DNA of 64,000 bases from Schmidtea nova (lineage: Eukaryota). Position numbers and translations under genes: made by a program. The stretch covers positions 140,306,001 to 140,370,000 of the forward strand of contig CM097884.1 of assembly GCA_044892505.1 (NCBI GenBank). Direction: 5' to 3'. Below are positions 21,697 to 34,505 of the stretch, piece after piece; the stretch's first letter is position 1; each line of letters opens with the position of its first letter. The notes beneath the pieces are model-generated. The model had not been told where the DNA came from. It worked only from the letters and a program-made list of their open reading frames with translations, and ran no database searches.

Positions 21697-22537
21697 ATGA
21701 TAACCCCCCTTATTTTCGGCAATTATGCCTTGAAGAGAAACGATCGAAAAAAGGCTCATGATGATATAACCAAACTACTGACCATATTTGTTAAGAGGGG
21801 GACAAGAATAGAAGCAATTGCACAGAAGATGGATAAGGATGTTTGGACGAAGTATCGGGCTCTAATCAGAGAGTATGACGTGCAGCAGACTCTCAGGAAA
21901 GGCGCAGGTTCCGATGAGATAACCCTTGGGAGACTTGCCTGCGCCTTTCCGGAAATGACTGCTATCATATTCTCAAAATTAGGGTCCAGGTATTCGACTG
22001 ATGTTGTTCCTGCGTGCTTCCACTTTCTTGGAGCTGCTAGTCTATTTCCGACTGTGATAGCAGAAGATCATAGATTGCATTTGAACTTTTGTAAGGACTT
22101 TGACAGGATTATCAATAGCACTCCGGATCCCCAGAAAGTAGAACAATTTTGGACTATTAGCCATTCTTCAAAACTTTTCACTGAAGCACAAATGGAGACC
22201 ATCATGAAGAAACTCTGATATATACATGTACTTCCCACATGGCACCGTTTTAAGACATCTCCCAGCAGTTAGGGCTAAGTCGATAGAAAAGAGAGCTGCA
22301 GCAGATTTGGAGGACTCTAGTGACATTGGTGATGAAACTAGAGCTGCAGGAAAATGGCCTTCCACAAGTAGAGGTAAAAGAGCAAGAAAGTGATTGTAAC
22401 TTGGGGCTGATCTGGATGTGTTTTTTATTGTAGTTACACCTGTTGTTATGTTAATATTGGACTATAAAAAAGAGTTTGTACTTTTGCCTTTTATTTGTTT
22501 ATATGATTATTTGTTGACTTGTCGCGCAGCTTTGTGT
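21697..22537 (+). other. Endogenous viral element: Phenuiviridae-like (tenui/phlebo) nucleoprotein plus 3' UTR
   Basis: DDITKLLTIFVKRGTR...KM...LIREY...DEITLGRLACAFP...F..AASL parallels the phlebo/tenuivirus N motifs RGNK..KM, LI..Y and D.ITLSRVAAA. GC-richer than the flanks and ends in CTTTGTGT (22530-22537). Confidence 0.85.
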
Positions 22538-22639
22538 AATATAAGTTAATTAAAAATCAAAATTCAAATACAAATCAATAATCATTGAAAAATTCAAGAG
22601 TTAACTAAGCAATAAGCCTAACAATAAGAAAAAGATTCT

Positions 22640-23473
22640 TACCGCGATAATAACAAACATGATGTTGAATGATGAGGGTAGGTCCATCGAAATATTTACG
22701 GTGAATAAATATTATCGAACGGGCAACAATAAATACCGGGTAAATGTATACCTGGAAAGAAGTAATTAACCTCTGTTCTGTCGGTCCACAAACAATTCAA
22801 AACAAATTCAATCAGACAATCCTTCATTATCCCTATGAACATTTCAGATTATTATTAATTTTCTGTCAAATCAACATTTCATCTATTATCTTTTATCATC
22901 TTTATCAACATTTTAGACTATTCTTCTTTATTTGATAACGAACATTTATGCAATAAACTGAATTTTGTTTTTTAATTAATATTGAGTTATGTAATTATTG
23001 CGTTTTATTTTAATTACACTTTTATTTTTATTAATTTTGGACTATGTATTTTATTTTAAACTAAAGTATAAATAAAATCAATATGGATTGTTTAATGAAA
23101 TATTGGAGAAAACTATAAACAAATGTTAATTTTCATAAACAAATGTTAATATTCAAATAAATTATTTTAACAAATCAGGTATATAAGGATAACACAAAAT
23201 TAGTTCTATAACCATAATTTTCAGTTAACTTTAGCGTCAACTGACTCTCTTAGGTACAAATCCTAAAGAGTCTTTAAACTGATCAGTTGATCGAAACATA
23301 AAACATAATTTGTAAAATTTTTAACTTTTGAAGATTGTAACGATTTTTGAACTTGAAACAGATTGTAAACTTTGTTTTTTTAAATAAATCTTAAAAAATT
23401 TATTGTCTTTATTATTTATATAGAACACCATCCCCAGTTGGGATTTCAAATAAAAATATTTGGAACCTCAACA
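22640..23473 (+). mobile_element. Possible Gypsy integrase tail plus LTR
   Basis: With one frameshift reads VGP(F)EIFTV...NNKYRV (GPF-like). The region ends in the recurrent LTR-end motif GAACCTCAACA. Confidence 0.35.
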
Positions 23474-23945
23474 ATAATAATACAACATCAACAATAATAA
23501 TAAAAAATTATACAGCATTAACAATCATCATGCTCTCTCAGCCAATCAGTTGCGTTTACTGCCAATTATTCGTAAGTGTATTTAATTATTTTCTTTATTT
23601 ACATTTTTAATTTCGCGGATTTCCAGCTGCTGGGTCGATATCCAACTAATGAAGTAATTACTTGTATTTTTATTAAAACGAATTTTTATGTAATTTATTT
23701 AGTTTATCTATTTTCAGGTGCACTTGCAGACCTCAAACTGATTTATGGATAAGGTATTTTAATTTCTTACTTATTTTCGTTAATATTTTATTTCATTTCA
23801 GGTATTTCTTGTCGTTATTATTTATTTACTCTTTGTATTTTTACACTTTAATAGTATTGTTATTTAATGTTTTACTTTTCAGGTTTTGTTTGGCTGGCCC
23901 AACATAGAGCAGATTTAAAAGAAAAATTTAATTTTACAACATTGC

Positions 23946-24216
23946 ATGTATTTTATAAAATCTTACTTATTTCCGAATTTAGTTGACAATGCGAAGATTA
24001 TTATTCATTATTTGTCTCAATATATCGAAATGGACAGCTGTTCTCCTAAAATTGCGTTTAAGCATCATACAAATCAAACCGGGCATCGAACTGCTATAAA
24101 ACTTTATGGAACAGTATATGTTACACAAATGAAAATGTGTCGAAGAACTACTAAGGCCCATTGCGAGACATAAAGTTTAATTTTGCAAGTATCATACAAA
24201 AGGTTGCCCACTCCTG
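23946..24216 (+). mobile_element. hAT 3' remnant with right TIR
   Basis: LYGTVYV...MK resembles the hATC FGSTY.C motif. AGGTTGCCCACTCCTG (24201-24216) is the reverse complement of a CAGG.GTGGGCAAC-type TIR. Confidence 0.7.
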
Positions 24217-24826
24217 GCCAAGTATAGGTCGGAGTTTATTTTTGCGTCTTTGCATGGAAAGTGTTATATGCACTAATTAATCTATTTGGCAATAAATTGA
24301 AAGCTAATATATAGAACTTTTACTAATTTATAGTGCACTATTTAAAGTATAAGTCTTTAATTTCTATTATTATTTTTGCAAAAATTTCATATAAATTTCT
24401 TGTGTATGAGTCAAATTATTATGTAAGTATGATTGAATTTCATTGGATACGTGTTTAAGTATGGTTGTTCTTGATATTGGGTTAAAAACACCAAAAAGTT
24501 TAAACGTAGCGATAATAAAAATTAAAAAACAGGAGCTAAAGTTAAATTAAAAAAGGACCAAAAAGGGAAGAAAACACAAATAAAACAAAAAACAAAAAAA
24601 GATAAAAGTAAGCAGAAATAAAATAATCATTAACTCAAATAAGATAATTAATAATAACAATTAATAATATTAATTATAATTAAAATAAATCTGAAAAATG
24701 TAAAAGAAAATATAAAGCAATGAAATTTAATGGAATTATTAATAAAACTGATACCAAGAAAAAGTTTGTAGGGTTATAAACGCAAAAAAAGTTGTAAGTA
24801 TTCCCTTATTATGATTTGTTTCTAAT

Positions 24827-25030
24827 TTAATAAAGATTATTCTCTCTATCCTCGATAAAATGAGAAGAGCAAAGCTCCGGTAACTCTTTGGGTCGTGAGA
24901 AAGTAAACATTTGGCTGAAGTATTCCACTTGAGCTTTTTTTCGAGTTGATGCCTTGGCCAAAAGGAACCATCTGAGAATTGGGGGAAGCCCAAATGTAAT
25001 CCGCCAGAATTTTCCAACAAGACAATGTGC
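24827..25030 (-). pseudogene. Possible THAP-domain remnant
   Basis: LCSSHF motif, with upstream C..., FP and W residues in shifted frames. Confidence 0.35.
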
Positions 25031-25259
25031 TAGTTGTTTTTGGTACCCAAAAGAGGATCTATGTAAATTTTCTTTATATGTCAAGAGTTAAAGAAAAGGT
25101 CAAGTCAGGTGACACGATTAGTCACAGAAATTTTGAAACACCTTAACTCAACATTGTCTACAAAAATTATCGATATTCCAAAACTGTACTTATATTTACA
25201 GAACTTATCTTATTAAGTTAACATGAGAACGATAAAAATCTAAAAGGTTTTTCTAGTTA

Positions 25260-25808
25260 CCCTAATTTACCGTGTATAACCCGCACCTCAATTTCTAAAA
25301 ATTTTAAATAAAGTTCCTTGTATAACCCGCACATGTTATTTTTATATTCTTTGAAATGTAATCTAAAAGCAGGATTATGCAAATTTATGTATCCATGATC
25401 GAAATAGAATAAAAAATATAGAAGAATATTTATCGAGTTAGAGTTCTTCATAATTATATTAAAATTTATTTTAAAAAGTATCTTGTTTTATTGAAAGCTG
25501 CTCATCAATGCGAAATAAAATATTTTATACATAAATTAAATTGTTGAGGTTGAAATTTTCTTATATGGCTTATTTCATTTACAGTGTAAGATCTGAAAAA
25601 CCAAAAACTAGTAACTAATTTATATTTCTTGTTTGGCTCAAGATCTTATGACTTAGCTTTGATACATCCTCTTTTTATAATAAATCAATCTTATCATTAT
25701 GTTTGTATACTAAATTGAAAAAATCAAATAATGTGCCCACGCCCAGAATTTTTTGGATAACCCATCTTTTTTCTTGTATAACCCGCGGGTTATCCACAGT
25801 AATTAGAG
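25260..25808. mobile_element. Tc1/mariner-pogo type MITE
   Basis: TA TSDs. TIRs CCCTAATTTACCGTGTATAACCCGC and (reverse complement) CTCTAATTACTGTGGATAACCCGC. Confidence 0.75.
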
Positions 25809-27425
25809 TACTAACAAGTTTGTGTCAAAGTATTTTTTAAAAATGCATATATATGATTATTGTACATAATTACAAAATTATTTCTGAAAACTTTTTATGT
25901 AATTTAATCTTACTTATTATATAAACAGTTCTTTTCAACCTTTAAATGAGTCTCAAAATATTAAATGATATTAAATAATAATATTTCTTGGATACATAAT
26001 ATATAATTATATAACCACAAATACATAATATATAATTATATAACCACGAATTCATTGATTGTTTTAAGTCAAATGAAATATTTTACCAACAACTTTTAAA
26101 AAATAAAAATTAAATTTGACAAATGTTTATTAATAATTTAATTTACTACGAATAAACAGAGTTTGACGAGGATTATTTTATAATCGAAAATTTTCTCACT
26201 TAATAAAATTGTTTTTACAGCAAAGGCATATTTTCTTATTTTCTTACTTATTTAAACAGCCATTTATAATTGATAATTACAATCACAAAATAGGATAAAT
26301 ATAATAAATTGTTTTGAAAAAAATTTTAGCATTCATATGAAGTGTAAATTTAATGTAGTTATAATACCTTAAGTCTATAAATTTTATACCATTAATGAAT
26401 GAATTTAATCTTTCAATACTGTAAGTCAAATAGTATTTCATAATTACACTTGTCGGTAAAACCTGCTACTGCGATAATAATTAAGTGGAATTCTATAAAA
26501 TAGCCATTTTTAAGATATTGTTTAAGTTCATTTAAAAATTAAAACACAATGCCAAAACAACTTAAATTAAAAACTGAAGACTTTATGTGCTAGTAAGGGA
26601 TAATGGTGCGTAATAGTTAAGGATTAATATCGAAATCATTCCAATAGACTTATTTGAAAGACAGAAAAACAAGCTTTTAAATCATTTTGAATAAGCAAAA
26701 CAACTTTTTGCCCCGTAAGAAAAATTATAATAAAACTTGTCATTTAATTTCCTTATTTTTGTAAATTTATCAGGAGACTAAAATTCGATTCAATATTTGT
26801 CAAAAGAGATAGGAAGATAGGGCATGAAACTTATAAGCACATACTTAATACAATATATTATTCTTTCCCATATTATATTTTCATACCTTTTAAGATATAT
26901 TAATCCATAACTTTTAATAAAATGTGTTAATAAAATGTGTTTATAAAAATTGTAATAGAACTGTATAAAATATGCGGGCGAAAATAACTTAATTTAAGTA
27001 AAGGAATAACTAATATTTTCAAATGAATAGTTATTTTTAAATTTTAAAGTTCCAAAAAAATTCTAATATTTAAACATGAGTTCCATTTTCACTAAGTTTG
27101 CTATTCTTCTCACATTTAAATATAAGTAAAAATATTGAATAAATAAATATTTTTTAACTTTATTATTTAATCGATTTCTTTTTTCAGTTATGAGGAATTC
27201 TAATCAGCTATCCATACATCGTAAACAAATCACGAAAATTTAAGAAATTGAACAAAATTCTTATTCATTAGCCAATTAGATATTTTATGCTTCACCACAG
27301 GGAAATTATATATTGGTTATAATTGGATAAAGAAATATAAAATTTTATATAAAACCTTAAATTTGCCTATAATTATTAGTTATTGAAAGAATAAAAAATT
27401 GTTATTAGTGTACACTTGATAATCA

Positions 27426-27428
<3 letters not shown>

Positions 27429-27490
<62 letters not shown>
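27429..27490. repeat. (TA)n microsatellite
   Basis: Direct reading. Similar tracts at about 29630-29664, 42968-43030 and 54545-54620. Confidence 0.95.
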
Positions 27491-27492
<2 letters not shown>

Positions 27493-29627
27493 CAAAATAA
27501 TAGTTATAATTAATTTATTTATAATTATTATAATTACAATAATAATAATTATTATAATTTATTATAATTATAAATTATCAGTTTATATAAAATGAGTAAC
27601 AAGAAATAAAGTAGAGTTTGAGCGAGGTCTGAAGCCGAAAGAAAATAATTAAGCGTATTATAAATATTCAGGTAATATCTAGCATCATTAAAGAAATAAA
27701 CTACAATTATAGTTCAAGTGATACATATAAACAATCATATTTATAATTGATAAATGAATACAGTGGTGAATTATATTTGCAATAGAGGATAAAAATACTG
27801 TTAGTAGTGAATACGAAGTCTAAAAGGTAATTGAAGTCTGGTCAAAATATTTACTATTTGAAAGTTTTCGATTTTAGTATCATAACCTGATTTTTTAATT
27901 CGACTTGGAAGAATTATTCAGTTTGTTTATCTGAATCAGAATTTGGTTTGTAAAAGGATTTTCTTTTAAAATAATGATTAATGTATATGGAATTGTATTT
28001 TAAATTAATAAAGGATTAATAAGGGAATTTTAGGATTTTATTTTCTCGCATCGTGGGTTGATGAAAATTAGTAGTGAATATTTACTAGACTTCATAATTT
28101 TATCGATCGATACTTTAAAAAAACTATTCCAACATCCTCGCGTCTGTGTGCGCATACCAATCACAACACAAACACCACTGTTGCACAAACAGACTTTATC
28201 ACCCATATGATAGATCGGTGCTAGATAGGTTTGTCCGTTTTCATCGCTGATCACATGATAGCTTTCACCTTCTAATCAACACGGAATCAGTAACGTCGAT
28301 TATGTCGTCTTCATTGAATAATGTCTGAACGGTGCCGTTAGCAAACAGAGTTTGCAGTGTTCATATCGTGTGTTTCTTCAGTAATGACAACCATATCTTC
28401 ACCATCATTCATACTCTGGTTGTCATTTAGCGTTAAAATACATTTCGGTCATCCATATTTAAGGTTAAATTGAATTTATCATAAATTAATTATATAGATA
28501 TTGATAAGACCGTCTAACGGTTTCCAGGCTCGCCATACTCAAAAAATATTAAATGAATTAAGTAAAAATACTGATAACCTTTTTAATTATATTCAAATTA
28601 ATTTCGATAATTTAAAAATCATTAACAATAAAGATTTCTCTAAATTATTTAATAATTACACGTTTATTTTTAATTTTAAGTGTAATAAAATTATTAATTT
28701 GTTTAAATATAAAAATTTTAATTCTTTTTTACAAAATGGCGAAAAACATGGACAACAAAAATTATTTTTTTCTCACACCAATCAAGCCCCGCCTTTAATT
28801 ATTTAATTTTTATTTTAATAATTTTTTTAAATATTTTATGAAGCGGCGCAACCACCTAAATTTAATATATAAATTGGAAAAAAATTTTAATACTACAAAA
28901 AATATTTGAATAAAGAAATTGATCGTTTCATGCTGGTTGATAAATCTAAAATTATTTATTTTAACAAAAAAAAATTATATTTAATGAGACAAAAAATAGG
29001 TTTAAGAATTAAATACAAAAATTGTGGAAAAAAATATTTTGAATGCATTGTGGATTTATTTTCAACCAATGATTAAATAAAAATAATAAAATAAACAGGA
29101 AATACAAAGGTTTATATTATGTCTCATAACGTTTGTCAAACAAATATTATATGTATAGTGCTTATTTTACAGTCAAAACAACCACTAGCTAAAGTATACC
29201 AAACTAATCAGAGAAAGTATACACAAATAAATTTATGAATACTTACCCTAGTTAGTGTATACATCTTCTACTGTAGTTAAAGTAATTCTAAAATAGTTTT
29301 CTAAAATAATGTAGTTTCGTAAAAACGATTTTCATGATATTTTGTTACGAGAAACTATCAATAATAAATTAGTGTTTTTTCATAATCTTTTTCGTAAATT
29401 TCGCAAGATTTCTATTTCCAGTAGGCACAACTAGCACAAGTCTTCATCATTCAGCTAATACTATCACTAATGCGAATCAGTGGGTGTATGTACTCACTAG
29501 TTAATGAATGCATTGACTAGATATAATGTGTATCATTTGAAATAATGTATGCTTCCACTAAAAAAATAAGTGAACGCATATATCAATTAATTAGTGTATA
29601 CACTCACTGCAATTTATGCTTTAACTG

Positions 29628-29666
<39 letters not shown>

Positions 29667-29667
<1 letters not shown>

Positions 29668-30663
29668 CGTATATACTCGCGTATAGGCCGTTGTGGTGTA
29701 CTCACTAGTTATGTATAATTTATTGTTTTCATAATTATGTGTGTCGGATATGTATTGTTTGGATTTCCCCCCCCCCTTTTTTTGCTAATTTTTATATTTT
29801 TATTATTATTTTTTTAGAATTATTAAAATTCAAATGATAAATTTGAATTTTAAGCTTACTATAGTAAATAACTATTGTAAGCTGACAAATTAATGAAATT
29901 GATTAAAAAATTATTATTTGAAAAACTATTGTGGGAAACATTCAATTAACAAATTTATTAAAAATTCTATTAACGATTCTATTAACGATTCTATTAACAA
30001 TCCTAAATTCATCCTAAAAACAAATTACAGAACAAATTAAAGAAGATTATCCTAAGAATTATCCTAGGAAGATAAATCCTAAAGAAAGTTATTTACCTTT
30101 CTAATTATAGCGAAACAAATTACATAACAAATTACAGAAGAAGATTATCCAAAGAAGATAAATTCTAAACTCATCCTAAGGAAACGAACATTATAACTCA
30201 AGTAACTTTTCGTGGTTTTAAAGTCATTTAAAAAACATTTTCTGCTATATAAAAATTTGTCTAATAATTAATTCGTTACATTATTTATTTATTTTGTTGT
30301 GTTATTTTTTGTCTTTAAAGAGCATACACTATATACACACGCACACAAAAGTATATAAGCATACACCCCGACTGTCTCCACATAATTTTGGAGGACTCTC
30401 TCGGGCACTTAAATAACTTCCTCTTATACATAAACCGACAAAATAAATAACATTATTTAACAAAAGTTAATATAATAGCCATATATATATATATGTGTGT
30501 GTGGTTCTTAGTGAATTGCATAATTCGAAATAAATTAAATATTACCCAAAATTTCATTTTTAATAGATCGGCTTATACGCAAGTCATCTATTTTGGACTT
30601 TTTTCAACCAAATTTTGGTGGGTTGGCTTATATGCGGGTCGGCTTATACGTGAGTATATGCGG
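29667..30663. mobile_element. Non-autonomous Tc2/pogo-like element inserted in (TA)n
   Basis: TIRs CCGTATATACTCGCGTATAGGCCG and (reverse complement) CCGCATATACTCACGTATAAGCCG, with TA-repeat flanks on both sides. Confidence 0.8.
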
Positions 30664-33600
30664 TGTGTATATATATATATATATATATATATTTTATAAA
30701 TCTTGGAAGGTCTGAAATATTATTCATCACACGATTCAAGAAATAAAAAATAATGAAATAGATTTATTGAAATAAATTTACTAATTTAAATGAACCTTAA
30801 TTTTTGAAAAATTCTTTATTAAGACTTTATTATTGTTAAATTACTGGTTGATTAGATATTTGGTGTTGCACTGAAAGAAGTTTCGAATTTTGAATATTTC
30901 ATTGCTTAATTTGAATTATGCAATCCATTGACTATTTATTTCAAGATTGATAACATAAGTAAACCAATGTTTGTAAACATCGTTTCAAAAGAATTTTCTG
31001 TTTGTGTTTTGATTGCAGTTTAATTTAATATTAAAATTTCGTGTTCAATTTAAGGATATACATAAACCGTATTTATGTCTTACAAAAACATTATAATTTT
31101 TTGTTTACTTTTGAATTTGTTTTATCATCAAATCATTAATGATAAGATGAGGTTCCTTATATATTTTAATATTGTCTAATAACTTTTGATTTGATTTTCG
31201 TTAAATTACTCAATTTTGTTTTTTCTTTCGATGATATTACTTTATTGTTAATATTGGAAATATAAATGGGAATTAATTGATTTTGTACTTTTACGATCTC
31301 ATCACATATAATGGTGTTTCATATTTTGCGATAAACTTCACTTCGATCATATATAAATTCGTCATTTTGAGCGTCTTTGTATTAACATAAATAACCACCT
31401 TCGAGGTAGAATATTTGATTTAAAAACATCTCTAGTTTCATAAATATGATTTAAACAGTTTGACTTGTAATTAGATTTGTTGTTTTCAAATCAGAAGAAA
31501 TTTAATGCAACTTTTTCAAATTGGCAGACAAAATGACTGGCATTATTTTGCTGCTCGGAGAAAATTTTATTACAATGTGGTTTTTGTGTTAAGAATGTTT
31601 TTTATAGTTTGTGTCAGTCGTAATTGTTTTTTAAATAAACTTATCGAGTCAATGTGTTTGAAAACAACATGTTCAAAAAGTCCTATTTTTTCGAAGCACT
31701 GTAGTAATTAACTGTAGTGTTAAATTATTTATTATATAAAAACAAACACAATTTTTACGAAGGTTTATTTTATGAATTGAGATTATCCATTCCTAATGTA
31801 GAAATATTTTTATAAAAATATTTAAGAATTCACCAAAATAGACATTTATATTTAAGAATGAATGCATAATGAGAAAGCAAATGTATTTGTTGGTTTATTT
31901 TAATTTGTTTTAAGACCGATTCAAATATCTAACTCCTCGTGTCCTTTTATCTATCGAAAATCAATAAATACCCAACACAGAATATTTTATTTGATAGTCA
32001 CCAAACAATAAAATTCGTCTTTGATAAAAAAATTACAATTTTCCAATAATTTGCACTTTCTCTCGAAATCTGATTTGACTCAACGTTAAAGCATATAACC
32101 CAAGGGGTAATAATCTTTTCTCTGAGTACACCTTACAAAATTTTTATTATTATTTTTGGATTCGTCCATACCCATTTTTCCCGATGAATATTAATTTTTA
32201 ATTTTTGATAAATTTTAATTTAATTTTTGCACTTTAATTTATTTTGATACTTTTTTCATTTTAATATTATTTTCCTTGCTTTTATGATTATAATAGTTAA
32301 ACTATAGATTCATTTTTAGTGTTCAAATCACGTAAATTTATCAATTGAAAATCCAGTTTATTCATCAGAAAGGTTTCCTTATTTCAGTAAGCACTTTTCC
32401 ATTGTTAAATATTTTAAATAAATTATATCTTAACTTGTGAAAAATAATGTAATTTTCCGTCTTCATAAATTAAACATACGGTTAAAAAATTAGTTGTTTT
32501 ATAATTCCAAAATTCAATTTTATTTTAAGAATTTTTTCTAATTTTCTTGTTTATATTTTTGTGGTCATATTTTACTACTGATTTTTCCTGAGAAGAATTT
32601 CATTTTTCGTATCTGATTAGTTATATTTAAAAATTTTTACAATAACTAATAAATGCAAGTTCTTACAAAAAAAAACAATTTACAAAATACAACTGTTTTT
32701 ATCAGATTTATAAAGCGGAGAAGCAGCCTTGCTTTTCGATGAGAATTGTGATCATTATCATAACAAATTCAGTGTACTACGCAACAAGCTTAGCCAATAA
32801 GATCTGGAATTGTATCAGACTTGCTTGATTTGACAAGATATCTTAGGATCTGATTATGATTAGGTTACTGTTGATTTAAAACTGTCTAAAACTCTACATT
32901 AACTGGAGATGAAAGCTAAACTTGCTGTTCAAAATTCCATGATTTATCGAATGTTTTTGGATTTGAATTTGAATTTGCTTGAATATTATGTGTTATGGAT
33001 TATATATAAGATAGATATAGACCGACAAACGGCCAATACATTATAGTTTTTCTATATTTTGCAGACATGTATGGGAAAAAGAAACATAACACCTAAGAAG
33101 AATAGCTAAGAATTATTCATCCCTGTTAAAATCAAAAACAGCCTAACAAAAAAATTTTAAAATACAACAAAAAGGATGCATCTATAAGTTATATACGATC
33201 TAACATACTATTATTTATTGTGGCAAATGATGATGGAAACAATCTAGAAATACTAGTAGATGTATGTAAAATGTTTCAGGAGAAAGAAGAAATTTTAAAT
33301 ACATTTAACAATTATTATGATGAAGAAATAGTAATATTAACAATATAATCAGCTATATACAAATTCAAGGCGTGAGCTTTGATTGAAAAATAGTAAATTT
33401 TAAATTTATCTGCTGCCTGGATTTTTGTATAACATTCCACCGAAAATCAATATCAGAAGCAAAGCCTTGAGAGATTAATTAGAGATCAGAGTTTATATTT
33501 AATTTCGTTCTAGAAAACACAATTATCTATAGAACTAGATAATATGTTTGTTTATGTTTATGTTTATGGATTACTTTAGAAAGTTTTTAGACTTTGGGTG

Positions 33601-34042
33601 TCTTAGCTCAATGGTTCATCTTAAAAGAAGCTAATTAAAAATCTATTAAAATTTTGATTGTATTACTTTTATGTGTAAAAGAATTGATTTTATATTTATT
33701 ACAAAATTACACAGTAAGTGGCATAATATTTGGCATTTGATTTTAACCTTATGCAGCGTATGATTGGTGTTTCATTTCTATATAACTGAAAATTTATTGA
33801 TTTTAATCTGATAATCATTTTTATACAATTGAAACTCTATTAAATATAAAATAATCAGAATACATTCGAATGCCCAACCTTTCAGGTAGGGTAAATAACA
33901 AAATTAATTATGGTAAATGATTATTAAAAAAAGTCATTCTACATTCCGGCGGATGTATATCATTTTATAAATAACAGTAATGCAACACATCAGAAATTTT
34001 CATTTTTTTATAAAGACTAGATCAATTTTTTTTAAAAAGTCG

Positions 34043-34505
34043 TGTTGAGTCTCAAATAATCTCAACTTGATGTTCTGACATAAATAACATAATTAAGACG
34101 AGTTCATAAACATTATTTATTTCTAACAAATTACATGATGAATGCCTGGTATATATAAAACATAAAATGTTCGTTTTCATTACTATATGTGTAAATCAAT
34201 ATATATATTGTGTGAATGATTCTGAATGATTCTAATATGATTCTGAACTCTGTGTACTTTATGCTCTAGTTTAAATTTCGAAAGTCTTACTTATTTATCT
34301 TGCTCTAAATTTGTGATATTATTTTTATTAAAAATTTAACATTATAGATTTTAAATTTTTGCCGCGGCCTTGACAACGGCGACAGTTATTTTATCGAAAC
34401 TGATAAGGTAAGAATCTTGTATTTCTTTTGATATTTAGAGCTAGGTGTGGATTAGTTTTAAATTTTTATATTAGATTTCCACATCTTGGCAACCCCCCCC
34501 TCCTT
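34043..34505 (-). mobile_element. Putative 3' LTR with polypurine tract
   Basis: Minus-strand PPT AAGGAGGGGGGG (34493-34505); the LTR ends in the shared ...CATCAAGTTGAGATT...CTCAACA motif. Confidence 0.45.

Noticed and set aside
21685-21700. CCTTGTGG|ACACATGA as a joined viral 3'/5' terminus (CTTTGTGT|ACACAAAG)
   Set aside because: Only 11 of 16 bases match, and the 5' UTR and N-terminal ~40 codons that should follow are absent.
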